A stretch of 64,000 bases of DNA from contig DQIQ01000001.1 in assembly GCA_003942085.1 (NCBI GenBank), forward strand, positions 24,950 to 88,949, read 5' to 3'. The stretch's first letter is position 1, and each line of letters opens with the position of its first letter. Both the position numbers and the translations under genes were made by a program. The notes under the pieces are model-generated. The model did no database searches, had not been told where the DNA came from, and was given only the letters and a program-made list of their open reading frames with translations. This DNA comes from Thermoplasmata archaeon (GTDB lineage: Archaea; Thermoplasmatota; E2; DHVEG-1). Below, in pieces: positions 29,128 to 39,770 of this stretch.

Positions 29128-30144
29128 TCATTGTAAAACATTTTCATATACGTTTATTGATATATAATAAGGTTCTTGAACTGGTGTTAGGTCGAATTCA
29201 AAGGAAAGGAGAGGTAGTGGAATCCAAAGGAAAGCTAAAAAATAAGAAAATAGAAAAATGACTATATCACCTCGGATGGGTTTCGGAGTAGTTTTATTCC
29301 AATCACTCCAATAATTGCTCTCCCAGTGTTGTTTATATTTTATGAGACTAGGGGATCCAAGGAGACTTTGGTACTTCAGAAAGGAGGCATGAACCTTATT
29401 ATCGATAAAATTATTTAAACGTACTGTGACTCCTCGACAATTTGCACAATATACCCCTTCTTCTAGGCTCTCTCTGAATTCATTATGATGAATATCAATC
29501 GATCCTTCGTCAACCACATCTATTCCAACGCTATTTTTTATGAAGACGTTATGATGGATTGAACAATTATTACTATCGATAACACGACACCCGCCGCCAT
29601 TGCTGATGAAAATATTGTTAAAAAAGGAGGTGTTGAAGCAATCGTACATCGTCACCCCGATCGAATTATTCACAATAATCATATCATGGACGATAATATC
29701 ATCGATCCGGCTGATTCCAGTTGGTTCGAATATATGAACACCTGCTCCAGGATACGTGCCAGTACCGCAATTTTGTACTGTAAATCCACTGATATGCACT
29801 CCATCTGTTAAAACACAAACTACATCCCACTTACGGGTCCCATTGATGATCGTCGTGTTCTTATCTTCACCAATGAGGCTAATTGATTTAAAAATTTTTA
29901 CACATTCAGAGCTATATGGCGTCTGATTATAGATTCCATGATATACATAAACTGTATCACCATCGCTTGCGTTATCGACAGCATCCTGTATAGTGCTGTA
30001 ATTTCCAGGTCCATTCCCGCCAACATACAACCAATTCCCTCGTGATGTCGGTAAAGGTTTCTCAGCATCCTGGGCAGTCGTTGGAATGATACAGGTTCCG
30101 ACGAACAAGAGAATGATGCTAACCGCCAAACATTTCCTTTTCAT
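29128..30144 (-). CDS. Secreted right-handed beta-helix (NosD/CASH-like) protein
   Basis: Signal peptide; WLYVGGNGPGNYSTIQDAVDNASDGDTVYV; Asn-ladder repeats; NYWSDW. Confidence 0.85.
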   Translation of the reverse strand: MKRKCLAVSIILLFVGTCIIPTTAQDAEKPLPTSRGNWLYVGGNGPGNYSTIQDAVDNASDGDTVYVYHGIYNQTPYSSECVKIFKSISLIGEDKNTTIINGTRKWDVVCVLTDGVHISGFTVQNCGTGTYPGAGVHIFEPTGISRIDDIIVHDMIIVNNSIGVTMYDCFNTSFFNNIFISNGGGCRVIDSNNCSIHHNVFIKNSVGIDVVDEGSIDIHHNEFRESLEEGVYCANCRGVTVRLNNFIDNKVHASFLKYQSLLGSPSLIKYKQHWESNYWSDWNKTTPKPIRGDIVIFLFSYFLAFLWIPLPLLSFEFDLTPVQEPYYISINVYENVLQ

Positions 30145-30192
30145 TGATTTACCTCTTTATTCTATGTCTAGAATGGGTTAGGCTACAATTAA

Positions 30193-30816
30193 TTACCACA
30201 AACAATTAAGTGTCGTTTCTATATAAGAAATTATGGCAATTAAGAAATAAATACCTGCAAGGGCTAACCAAATAGCAAATATTGTTAACGGCCACAGTAG
30301 TGCACATATAACTGGGTAATGCCAGACTGTTGTATTATTGTTTTCACAATCACATTGTAAGCTCGATAAATCTGTCATTTCGCCCTTGAGTAAAACATCT
30401 TTTTCAATAACAACGGATATTTCTTTCTGCATCCTTTGATTATTCACTTGATATTGCTCAACCATCGGATGTATTCTTGTTTTACTGATAATCTTTGAAA
30501 GCATCAAACCAACAAGATACATATGGTTGAGTTGGTTCTTCGTTAAAGCAGGAGTGTTGAATATAGAGAATTTTACGTCTGGATTGAACAATCCTTCTCT
30601 GTTTATCTGGGATTTGAGTACAATTTCCGGGATATCTTTATTATTCGCAATATCAACGATGGTTTGGAATAACAACTCTTTCTGGTTGATCTCTTCATTT
30701 ATGATTTTCTGATTTGATGATTGAAACGTCTGATAACCAACAACATTGGTCAACGAACCAAGCACAAGAAGAATCACAGCACAGATGCTTATTCCAATCA
30801 AAGGTTTTGTATTCAT
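30193..30816 (-). CDS. Lineage-specific membrane/secreted protein, paralog of the N-terminal module of 26761-28515
   Basis: PLIGISI..V.L.L.SL.NVVG.QT, NQKELLFQTI.DI.NN, CDCE...WHYPVIC shared with the neighbour. Confidence 0.75.
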   Translation of the reverse strand: MNTKPLIGISICAVILLVLGSLTNVVGYQTFQSSNQKIINEEINQKELLFQTIVDIANNKDIPEIVLKSQINREGLFNPDVKFSIFNTPALTKNQLNHMYLVGLMLSKIISKTRIHPMVEQYQVNNQRMQKEISVVIEKDVLLKGEMTDLSSLQCDCENNNTTVWHYPVICALLWPLTIFAIWLALAGIYFLIAIISYIETTLNCLW

Positions 30817-30947
30817 TACTTTCCGCCCTTATAAATACTTTATAACAATAATCCCCTATAAAAACGTTTATTTCATTATTGATTAAGTCTCTGCAAACAT
30901 TATAGTATCTGGAGGCAAGAATTAACAGAGTTGTTTTTTTTAATTTG

Positions 30948-32849
30948 TTAGAAGAACTTCCATACTTCGATTCCAACCCATGCCCATCTGCCATCATTTG
31001 AATATGCTCCAACCTCAATTGAATGTCCTCCAAATTCTTTTTCTGACCATGTCCATTCGTATGGTTCTTCAGTATCAGTAAATTGTGGATTGGTATCGAT
31101 AAAAAATATCACTTCTCGTATACCTACATCTTCCTGTATCGCTTCAGCTCTGATGGAAATCTTTCCGATAATCACTGGGTGTAGTATTAAAGGTAAAAGT
31201 TTGATGTTGAATAAATACAAGCCTATTTCTGGGCGTAAAATTCGCACCGTTGGCAGGGAAGTTCCTACTGTCACATTTGCAGTATCGCTACTGGCATTCC
31301 CCTCACCATCAATCAACGTAAGCGTTGCGATGTATTCACCTGGTCTGGTGTAGGTATGCGTCGGGTGCTCTAAATCTGAGGTGTTCCCGTCACCGAACTC
31401 CCATTGGAACGTATACGGGAGTGCTCCGCCAAATGTTGTGCTCATAAAAGAGATTGATTCCAAAGCATATCCACTGTAGGGTCCACCTGCATCTACAGAT
31501 AAAGACGCGTCGCCGAACGCATGGAGATACCCCCATGTAAGTGTACCATCATGATTCCTCCATGAAGATCCAACATAGAGATTACCGTCTCCGTCAATAC
31601 ACGGTGATGAAAGCACTGCAACGTTGGAAATCAGTTTCTTCCATCTGATTGTCCCGTCTGGGTTCACCGCCACAAGGCTGACCCCTGCACTCACATAAAT
31701 CGTGCCATCCGCGGAGACCGCTGGTGCCGTCCCATAGATATCTCCACCGACATCAACAACCCATTTCAAGGTCCCATTTGGATAGAATGCTCTAAGCTGT
31801 TCAGTCCCGACATACAACGTCCCATCAGACGCAACCGCTGCTAATGCAGCCGCAACCTCTTCACCAGTGCTCGCCTGCCAAATCAACGTCCCATTGGGGT
31901 TGAGGGCGTAGAGATACCCGTCAAACGAGGGAATATAAATCGTGCCATCAGGGGCAATAGAAGGATGCCCTTTGATATCCCCGCCGGTAAGATACCGCCA
32001 GCGGAGCGTGCCATTAGGGTTGAGAGCATAAAGATAATCATCAGCGGAACCGACGTAAATGGTACCGTCCTCGCCGATAGCAGGGTCTGAGGTTACGTAG
32101 TATCCTGTCTCATAATGCCATTTTTCGACCCCGTTAGGATTTATCGCATAGAGACAACCACCCGAGTGACCCAGATAAATCGTCCCGTCATCACCTATCG
32201 CCGGGGAAGAATGAAACTCTCCACTACGGTACAAATCCCATATTAATGAACCGTTCTGGTCAAGAGCGGAGAGACGGCCATACCAGTCTCCAACGTAGAT
32301 GGTCCCATCTTCTGCAATAGCTGGCGTAGACCATATTACTCCAGGTATTTTGTAATACCATTTCTGCGTCCCATTAGGATATATTGCATAGAGGTTATGA
32401 TCTGCCCCCATACTCCCAAAATAGATGATACCGTTCTTGTCGACAATTGCGCCTGATTCAATTGTTCCTGCATCTTTCAATGTTTTATACCGCCATTTCT
32501 CCGTTCCCGGGTTGTCCGCGGTGCTGATTGGACTTTGACAGGTATGATATGTATCATGGCAGCTCATCGGCCATGAGGAGTTCTGCAGACCACCGGTTTC
32601 CCTGCCACGATCATCTCCTCCAACGGATTCATGGATCAATGTTTCAGCTTGATATGCTGGTTCATCCGCTGTTGAGGTACTATCACAGTTGATGCTCCAT
32701 GAGTTTTCATATGCGCGATAATCAGCTTTATTGAATGTCTGTTGTATTGGATCATCCAGATGAGTTGAAAGCATCGAAACAGATGCTGGGACAAGAAGGA
32801 CGAATAATAAACTGGTTGCTAGAAGGGTTCTCCAAATAGTATTGTTCAT
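30948..32849 (-). CDS. Secreted PQQ-like beta-propeller + PKD + C-terminal Ig-like protein
   Basis: Repeated SPAI..DGTIY.G..D..LYA.NPNGT..W blades; WEFGDG PKD motif. Confidence 0.88.
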   Translation of the reverse strand: MNNTIWRTLLATSLLFVLLVPASVSMLSTHLDDPIQQTFNKADYRAYENSWSINCDSTSTADEPAYQAETLIHESVGGDDRGRETGGLQNSSWPMSCHDTYHTCQSPISTADNPGTEKWRYKTLKDAGTIESGAIVDKNGIIYFGSMGADHNLYAIYPNGTQKWYYKIPGVIWSTPAIAEDGTIYVGDWYGRLSALDQNGSLIWDLYRSGEFHSSPAIGDDGTIYLGHSGGCLYAINPNGVEKWHYETGYYVTSDPAIGEDGTIYVGSADDYLYALNPNGTLRWRYLTGGDIKGHPSIAPDGTIYIPSFDGYLYALNPNGTLIWQASTGEEVAAALAAVASDGTLYVGTEQLRAFYPNGTLKWVVDVGGDIYGTAPAVSADGTIYVSAGVSLVAVNPDGTIRWKKLISNVAVLSSPCIDGDGNLYVGSSWRNHDGTLTWGYLHAFGDASLSVDAGGPYSGYALESISFMSTTFGGALPYTFQWEFGDGNTSDLEHPTHTYTRPGEYIATLTLIDGEGNASSDTANVTVGTSLPTVRILRPEIGLYLFNIKLLPLILHPVIIGKISIRAEAIQEDVGIREVIFFIDTNPQFTDTEEPYEWTWSEKEFGGHSIEVGAYSNDGRWAWVGIEVWKFF

Positions 32850-33036
32850 AGGTTTTTTCTTCCGTTCAATACATATATCGGATATTCTATATATAGATTT
32901 CCATTTGATAAACTCAATTTTTTATTGATACTGTTCTCTTTTTCGCATAAAATAGCTCATTAAAAGTTTGAAAAAAAAACAAACTATTTAAATTAATTTA
33001 AATTACCATTTCATATTAATTGGGGAGTGAAAAAAT

Positions 33037-36000
33037 ATGCGAGGAAAAAAAATTGTAGCGTTTTTAGTATGCGCGCTAATGATTGCGAGCGGGATAATGC
33101 TGATGCCGAAGAACACGGATGTCCGAGCAGATGCATATCAACATCCAAGCGGAGAAAATGAAATAGGCCTCAATACCACTTATGTCTGGGAAATGGTAAA
33201 GCGGTTTTGCAATGTGACACGTGATACTGATTGGTCGCATGAGAATAACATCCCTAAAGGGCGATCATGGGCGACCGCAGGGGAGAACTACACCATTGAT
33301 AATATTTTAAAATATCAATGGGAGAATTTCACTAATCCTGCATTTGAATTTCAAAAATTACTCATCGGCCCCATCAATGGTAGTACTAGATTATATTCAA
33401 ACAAGATTGTCATACAAAATTTTGGTCTGACGACTGAAAATCCTTCAGTAACCATACCAATCAGTGAAATGTTTCCCATCGGTATCGGTGTCCGTCCAGA
33501 TAATGATTTAAACAAAACATTTGGGTTTAACAATTCAAGGATAGAGAAAGTAGAACTCTTTGCACGTGATTTTTTAGGGGGATCATATTTTCCTGATCAC
33601 CTGAATGTACCCACTCAGTTCTTAAACGATTATAAATTAGTTTATGGTTCTCCTATCTATCTTGACGAGAATGACGAAGTACCAGAGAACCAGGATGGCT
33701 TTGTGTTCATCATGAATGAAACAGAAGACTGCGAGGATAAACTAGATAATATCACTGATGCCTCGGCATGTATCTTAATTAAAGGCAATTCTTTCTACAA
33801 TTACGAACAGGCGGATGAGAAACAGTTTTCGATCTTTCGCGTGGATGAAACCAATGATAATCTTTCAGAAGTGGTATCGGAAATAGAAAATGGATCAGTG
33901 TTCTTTGTAGATAATATTTATGATTCAGATATGTTGGTATTCACTAATTTAAGTAATGATACATGTATCCCGGAAGGTGATGATTTTGTTGGGGTTGTAC
34001 AAAGAACAGCCCCCTCAGATCCACAATCGTTTGAGCCTAGACCCTTTCTTGAGTATGTTTTTGGAAATGTCAATGGATATTACTATGATTATCTACGATT
34101 AGTCATTTTTAACAATCTTTGGTATATATATCATAACAGAAGAGATGAAGATTATTCGAAAGGTTGCGTGGGTTTAATTCTATCTGATTATTCTAATACT
34201 ACTCATTTTATGACACATACAGAGAAGGGTTGGGGTTGGTTCTCAGGAGCATTCAGCGACAGATGGTGGTTGCCAATGTTTTCAGTAAACAAATCCGTCG
34301 GGAAATTTTTACTGGATAATATAAATACTGTGAGCGTCAATGGTTCCATCGAACAGGAATATAGATGCCAAACAACTACAGAACCTGGTGTGATAAGCAA
34401 TAATTTTATCGGGTATCTAGATGTTACACAGAATCGTTCTGATCCGTATGTCATTCTTTCAAACAGAATTGATGGCTGGTGGGGACAAACACCAGGAGAC
34501 AGCGGAGTAGGTGGCGCGATTCTTCTCGGTATTGCCAAATATTTTAATGATTATAATATCAAACCCAATAGTAACTTGAGGTTTCTCTTTACCACCGGGG
34601 AGGAATACGGCATGCGTGGCGCCCAGCATTATAACGACAGCCATGCAAATGATACTATCACACGATGGATCGGGTTTGATCAACTGGGATTTTATTATAC
34701 GACATCCGATGATACAATAAATTTAACAGTAAATGTGTTAGATAATACGTCAAAGGCCATCATTAAAACGATTGCAAATGATACACATTACGTTGATCGA
34801 ACAGGTTACGGTATCGGGGTTGATATCCCTGATGATTATGGCTCTGAAGATAAAGTTTTTAGTACCCGGAAAGATCCATTTTGTAATACGACTTGTTTTG
34901 GGAGAGACAATTCATCCAGGTGGGATGACTACCATCGTTCGGGTGAAAACTATTCCGAGGGTGATAGTCTGAATCATACCGATCGAAATGATGTCAACGT
35001 AACGTTCGAGTTAGCATGGAACGTGATAAAATATTGCACGGTAAATCCAGATTGTTGGTTCAACGAACCAGCCACCTACACCATAGAGGATTCCCCATAC
35101 GATACCGATACCTATAATGATTCTATTAACGTAACAGTATCAGTAAAATCAGTGCTTCCAAATGATAAAGTCAGAGTGAATGCGACGTTGAAAAGCTGGC
35201 CTTCAAACGACACAGTCTTCTGGAAAAACTATGATTTCAACGTCACTTCAGAGACAACTCAAAAGACATTCACCGTTACCCTGCCGCCCAACTCAACTGG
35301 GGCAACAAGCGGAAATTATACCCTGTCACTCGCACTGTTAAACTCGACAGGCAGGATCAACGACATCGCTCTCAATACCAGAGAATATAATGACACCGGC
35401 ACCCAGACAGGTCATGTATATCTCTGTCCACGGGGAAATTCTCTACCATATAAACCCAATGACATCACCGGTCCGTTTACGGTGCAAATATTACACCCGG
35501 CGAACTTTACTACGTCTGCGACAGATACGAATCAGGATCAATTGCAGTATCAATGGGATTGGAATGTACTCCTTGGAGATTTGTTTGAAACCACCGAGGT
35601 TGGTCCATATGATTCCGATGATAACTGCACTACGGAGCATACATACTACGGATGGGGACCACGAGTCATACAGGTGAGAGCACGGGATGATTACGGGTAC
35701 CTGTTTGATGGCACCCCCCTAGGATGGAATCGATATGGCAATTGGAGCGATGATACTTGGTCAGAACCATTCTTGATATATGTAAGTTTTTTCACCGATT
35801 TTAGCATGTCATGCACCTCTCTTTCATCCGCTGTAAACGCTCAATCTACCACAGAGTTGCCATCCATTCAACAAATAAATTCGACGTATGACGCTCTCAT
35901 ATTTGGTGGCAATGAGCCTCATTCCTATCAATGGATGTTCAATCATGAGCGATACGCGGAGAAACAAAAAACCGTGTATTATCAGTTCGAGGAAACAGGC

Positions 36001-39000
36001 GATTATACAGTCTCTTTAAATGTCATTGATAATGACGGGTATTCTGAAGAATTTTCTGTCAATGTCTCCGTGGTGAATTTAAGCGCAAGCTTCAACCTCA
36101 GCGTCCCGTCACCATATGCGAACCCGGATGAGGAGATTGATTTCACGGACACGTCAGCGGCAGCCAGTGGATACCAGATGACAAATTGGACATGGGATTT
36201 CGATGACGGTACCTGCTCCTACAATCGGAATGCCACTCATGTGTTCATGGAATCCGGAACGTATAACGTCTCTCTCACGGTCACAGACAACCAAACACAC
36301 ACGGACATCACATCCCAGTGTATCCTTGTGACCATCGATGAGACCCCGCCGCAGATCCAGCAGGTCGCAGATGAGATTTCCGTTGATGACCGCTGGCTGG
36401 TTGTCTCCCTTGCAGGGTATTTCGTTGACTCGGAAAGCGGTATTAAAAACGCCTCTGTGAACATCACGTATCCAGATGGGTCTCATGGGAATTTCACTAT
36501 GATGCATGTGTTCAACACGATTTACGGCTATGTCTTTAACGACACCGAGGCTCCTGGTCAGTACAATTATACGGTCTGGGTGACCGACTATGAAAATAAT
36601 ACGAACAGCGCTACCGGATATTCTTTCACAATCCCGACTCCGCCGGTCCTTTTATATGCGACAACAACTCCTGCCAATAGCACCGTTTCCAATGACCCAT
36701 GGACAGATGTCAACGTGACCATCCTTGATCCTCTGAACACCTCCGCGTTCATCGACTGGGACCACAGCCTCAAGGGTTACTGGCCGATGGATTCCTATAA
36801 TGACACCGGTGTGTATGATAACTCCACCTATGACAATTTCGGGACATTCCAAAGTGGATTGAACAACAGAAATATTATACCAGGGAAATACGGGAAAGGA
36901 CTGGAGTTCGATGGAATCGATCATTACGTTGATGTCGGCACCAGCAATAGTTTGGATCTTGGCAGCGGTGATTTCACGTTCATGACCTGGGAGAAAAGCC
37001 ATGTATCCTCTTACTCGAAGAAAGCGATGATTCTCACCAACAGTCCGGCGGGCGAGAGCTGGAAAGGCTATGGTTTCGGTGTTGCCAATCATGCGTATCT
37101 TTTTGTCTCTCAATCATCAGGAAATAATGTGACGGTGCAGGGGACTACTGATGTGACCGACAACACCTGGCATCATATCGCCTATGTGAACCATGAAGGA
37201 GACTATTCAATATATGTCGATGGCGCGTTTGACGCTAATGGGATGTTGACTTCAGAAAAAAATATCACGAACACACAGCACACCTACCTCGCCTATGATG
37301 GACATACATCGAACTGGTGTTTCTTCGATGGTATGCTTGATGAGCCGCAGCTCTACAACCGAGTCCTCAGCAGAGAGGAGATCAACGCCTCCTATAACAA
37401 TGGGCTGAACCATTTGTATCATAATTTCACTGGACTTCCTGATGGCACGTATAGTTATTATGCACATGCGATTGACACTTCGGGAAATCAGAGTACAACA
37501 GAGACACGACAAGTAACCATTGATACCACGCCTCCAACGATTATAAATGTCAACGCTTCACCTCATACCGTCGGATTCGGGTACAATATCACAATCTCTG
37601 CGGATGTAATCGACAATTATAGCGGTGTTGATCTTGTTAACATCCAGATTACTTATCCTGGTGGTATAGGTAATTCGAGCAATCACACAATGACCCATGT
37701 CACTAATGATACGTATCAGTATGTGTTCAATGATACGTGGCTGACCGGGCAGTACAACCTTACCATCTGGGCTGTGGATAACTCCAATAATAGTAACAGC
37801 AGCGGCGGGCATCATTTCCATGTCTCCGTAACGGCGACCATCAGCATCGCCACCCTGAAGAACAGCTACAGCGGCAGCCAATACATCAACATCACCGACC
37901 CTCCGAACCCACCTGAGGACTATACACTGGTTGGTCGGGGACTCACCTGGAATACCTATTACAATGTATCCTCTGGTGAAAACATTCTCGAAACATACCA
38001 AGGACCAGTGAATTACCAAGAAGACAACAACACCTGGAACCCAATCAACGTCTCCCTAAAACAGTTAACAATTGATAATCCTGCTTACAACTATGGGTAT
38101 CAGACAGGGAATGATCGTGGGTTATTCGGTGTCTACTTCAAACCCAATATCCAGAGCGACTGGCCCGTCGCATTCACCTACAACAGATCGAACAACCCCA
38201 CTACCAACGTCATCAGAAGTAAGCTCGTCGGTGTAGGATACATTGATCCACAGAGCAACTGGGCGTATCAGTATCTGCAGAACGTGCAGAGCAGCCAAGG
38301 ACAAACAAATGACAACTCGATAACCTACTCAAATGTCTTTACTGGCACCGATGTCACCTGGAGCTACGGCAACACCGAACTCAAAGAAGAGATCACACTC
38401 AGCAATGCGACGAAGACTGTATTGCAGAACCACCCACCATCACAGTACGGCCTTAACAACCAAAGCTCGTATCTCGTGTTCATCACTAAATTGGATCATC
38501 AGAACCTCGGCATGTATAATGCCTCAGGAATGCTCACTGGAAACGTAACGATCTCCAACGCAGGGGTTGATTTCAAGGATGCACTAGGACATTTCAAATG
38601 CGCCCTGCCACTTGGCGAGGCGTACGAACTGAATAACGAATCCATGAGACAGAAACTGACCTACCGCATCGTACACCTGAACGGCAACACCTACTTGCTT
38701 TCCGGGTTGAAGGTCTCAGATTTGAACGCGATGACGTTCCCAGTGGTGATAGACCCAACTTTAACTGTGTATTCAACCTCCAGCGACGGTTATATCTCTA
38801 ACTCTGGCACCAACTACAATACAGTACGAACCGCATCGTCCGGTACCGTCAACAGTTCCGGGACATACATCACAATCGGACAGAAGAAGGGTCCTGGTCA
38901 GCCTGCTACGTATTACATCTACCGAGGATTCGTGTTCTTCAACACCTCCGCATTACCATCGAACGCGTACCTCGATACAGCAACACTCGCCCTGTACAAG

Positions 39001-39645
39001 AAGGATGATTACTCAACCACGGATTTCGGTATCACCATTCAGAACGGACAGCCGACCTACCCGCATAATCCCTTACAAACAACCGATTACAATAAAAACT
39101 ATTATTCAGGGAACGGAGAAGCGTTGAATACATCAATGTTTACAAGCGGATACAACGCTATTAAAATGAACAACCTCAGCTGGATCAATACGACAGGAAC
39201 CACCAAACTATGTCTGCGGAGCAGCAGGGACATCAGTGGGACGACGCCGACCGGGAACGAATATGTAAACGTGTATTCAAACGAATTTCTAGGTAGTTGT
39301 CCACCAAAATTGGTCATCGTGTATCGGAACCAATCGAAGATCAAGAACACTGGATCGACGAACATCAACGGATACCTTCTCATACAAGTCCAGTTCTACA
39401 ACACCTCACAAAGCAAATGGATAGTAGACAACGATACCATCAACGAGACCTCACCACGGACCATCAACAGCGGCAATCAACTCGCACTCGACACCATCTT
39501 CAACGGGCATGTCCGAGCATCAGATCTGACCCATGGAACAGGAACCTATCGAGTCTACACCGCATTCAGAGATCCAGACGGAAATATCCTGAAAACAAAC
39601 ACCGGGGTTGAGTTGAAAGCCTGGTGGCAGTTCAGCAAAACGTAA
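33037..39645 (+). CDS. Giant (2202 aa) secreted multidomain protein: M28-like peptidase domain, PKD repeats, LamG/concanavalin-like domain, Ig-like and C-terminal modules
   Basis: Signal peptide; GDSGVG, FTTGEEYGMRGA, FDQLG, YHRS; WTWDFDDG; GKYGKGLEFDG...WHHIA...FDGMLDEPQLYNRVLS. Confidence 0.85.
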   Translation: MRGKKIVAFLVCALMIASGIMLMPKNTDVRADAYQHPSGENEIGLNTTYVWEMVKRFCNVTRDTDWSHENNIPKGRSWATAGENYTIDNILKYQWENFTNPAFEFQKLLIGPINGSTRLYSNKIVIQNFGLTTENPSVTIPISEMFPIGIGVRPDNDLNKTFGFNNSRIEKVELFARDFLGGSYFPDHLNVPTQFLNDYKLVYGSPIYLDENDEVPENQDGFVFIMNETEDCEDKLDNITDASACILIKGNSFYNYEQADEKQFSIFRVDETNDNLSEVVSEIENGSVFFVDNIYDSDMLVFTNLSNDTCIPEGDDFVGVVQRTAPSDPQSFEPRPFLEYVFGNVNGYYYDYLRLVIFNNLWYIYHNRRDEDYSKGCVGLILSDYSNTTHFMTHTEKGWGWFSGAFSDRWWLPMFSVNKSVGKFLLDNINTVSVNGSIEQEYRCQTTTEPGVISNNFIGYLDVTQNRSDPYVILSNRIDGWWGQTPGDSGVGGAILLGIAKYFNDYNIKPNSNLRFLFTTGEEYGMRGAQHYNDSHANDTITRWIGFDQLGFYYTTSDDTINLTVNVLDNTSKAIIKTIANDTHYVDRTGYGIGVDIPDDYGSEDKVFSTRKDPFCNTTCFGRDNSSRWDDYHRSGENYSEGDSLNHTDRNDVNVTFELAWNVIKYCTVNPDCWFNEPATYTIEDSPYDTDTYNDSINVTVSVKSVLPNDKVRVNATLKSWPSNDTVFWKNYDFNVTSETTQKTFTVTLPPNSTGATSGNYTLSLALLNSTGRINDIALNTREYNDTGTQTGHVYLCPRGNSLPYKPNDITGPFTVQILHPANFTTSATDTNQDQLQYQWDWNVLLGDLFETTEVGPYDSDDNCTTEHTYYGWGPRVIQVRARDDYGYLFDGTPLGWNRYGNWSDDTWSEPFLIYVSFFTDFSMSCTSLSSAVNAQSTTELPSIQQINSTYDALIFGGNEPHSYQWMFNHERYAEKQKTVYYQFEETGDYTVSLNVIDNDGYSEEFSVNVSVVNLSASFNLSVPSPYANPDEEIDFTDTSAAASGYQMTNWTWDFDDGTCSYNRNATHVFMESGTYNVSLTVTDNQTHTDITSQCILVTIDETPPQIQQVADEISVDDRWLVVSLAGYFVDSESGIKNASVNITYPDGSHGNFTMMHVFNTIYGYVFNDTEAPGQYNYTVWVTDYENNTNSATGYSFTIPTPPVLLYATTTPANSTVSNDPWTDVNVTILDPLNTSAFIDWDHSLKGYWPMDSYNDTGVYDNSTYDNFGTFQSGLNNRNIIPGKYGKGLEFDGIDHYVDVGTSNSLDLGSGDFTFMTWEKSHVSSYSKKAMILTNSPAGESWKGYGFGVANHAYLFVSQSSGNNVTVQGTTDVTDNTWHHIAYVNHEGDYSIYVDGAFDANGMLTSEKNITNTQHTYLAYDGHTSNWCFFDGMLDEPQLYNRVLSREEINASYNNGLNHLYHNFTGLPDGTYSYYAHAIDTSGNQSTTETRQVTIDTTPPTIINVNASPHTVGFGYNITISADVIDNYSGVDLVNIQITYPGGIGNSSNHTMTHVTNDTYQYVFNDTWLTGQYNLTIWAVDNSNNSNSSGGHHFHVSVTATISIATLKNSYSGSQYINITDPPNPPEDYTLVGRGLTWNTYYNVSSGENILETYQGPVNYQEDNNTWNPINVSLKQLTIDNPAYNYGYQTGNDRGLFGVYFKPNIQSDWPVAFTYNRSNNPTTNVIRSKLVGVGYIDPQSNWAYQYLQNVQSSQGQTNDNSITYSNVFTGTDVTWSYGNTELKEEITLSNATKTVLQNHPPSQYGLNNQSSYLVFITKLDHQNLGMYNASGMLTGNVTISNAGVDFKDALGHFKCALPLGEAYELNNESMRQKLTYRIVHLNGNTYLLSGLKVSDLNAMTFPVVIDPTLTVYSTSSDGYISNSGTNYNTVRTASSGTVNSSGTYITIGQKKGPGQPATYYIYRGFVFFNTSALPSNAYLDTATLALYKKDDYSTTDFGITIQNGQPTYPHNPLQTTDYNKNYYSGNGEALNTSMFTSGYNAIKMNNLSWINTTGTTKLCLRSSRDISGTTPTGNEYVNVYSNEFLGSCPPKLVIVYRNQSKIKNTGSTNINGYLLIQVQFYNTSQSKWIVDNDTINETSPRTINSGNQLALDTIFNGHVRASDLTHGTGTYRVYTAFRDPDGNILKTNTGVELKAWWQFSKT

Positions 39646-39674
39646 CGAAGTAATTCTCAGCGATTATAAACAAC

Positions 39675-39720
39675 GGAAGTCAGGCATATAAACCCCGCCT
39701 GATTTTCCTCAATTTTTTTT
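39675..39720 (+). terminator. Hairpin plus poly-T terminator after the giant protein gene
   Basis: GGAAGTCAGGC...GCCTGATTTTCC followed by a T run. Confidence 0.6.
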
Positions 39721-39755
39721 AGTTATTGATTAATAGACTTTATTGTGCAAAACAA

Positions 39756-39770
39756 ACTAGTAAATTAGTG
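39756..39770. repeat. 15-bp inverted arm abutting the tRNA 3' end
   Basis: ACTAGTAAATTAGTG is the exact reverse complement of CACTAATTTACTAGT at 26619 and 28671. Confidence 0.92.
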
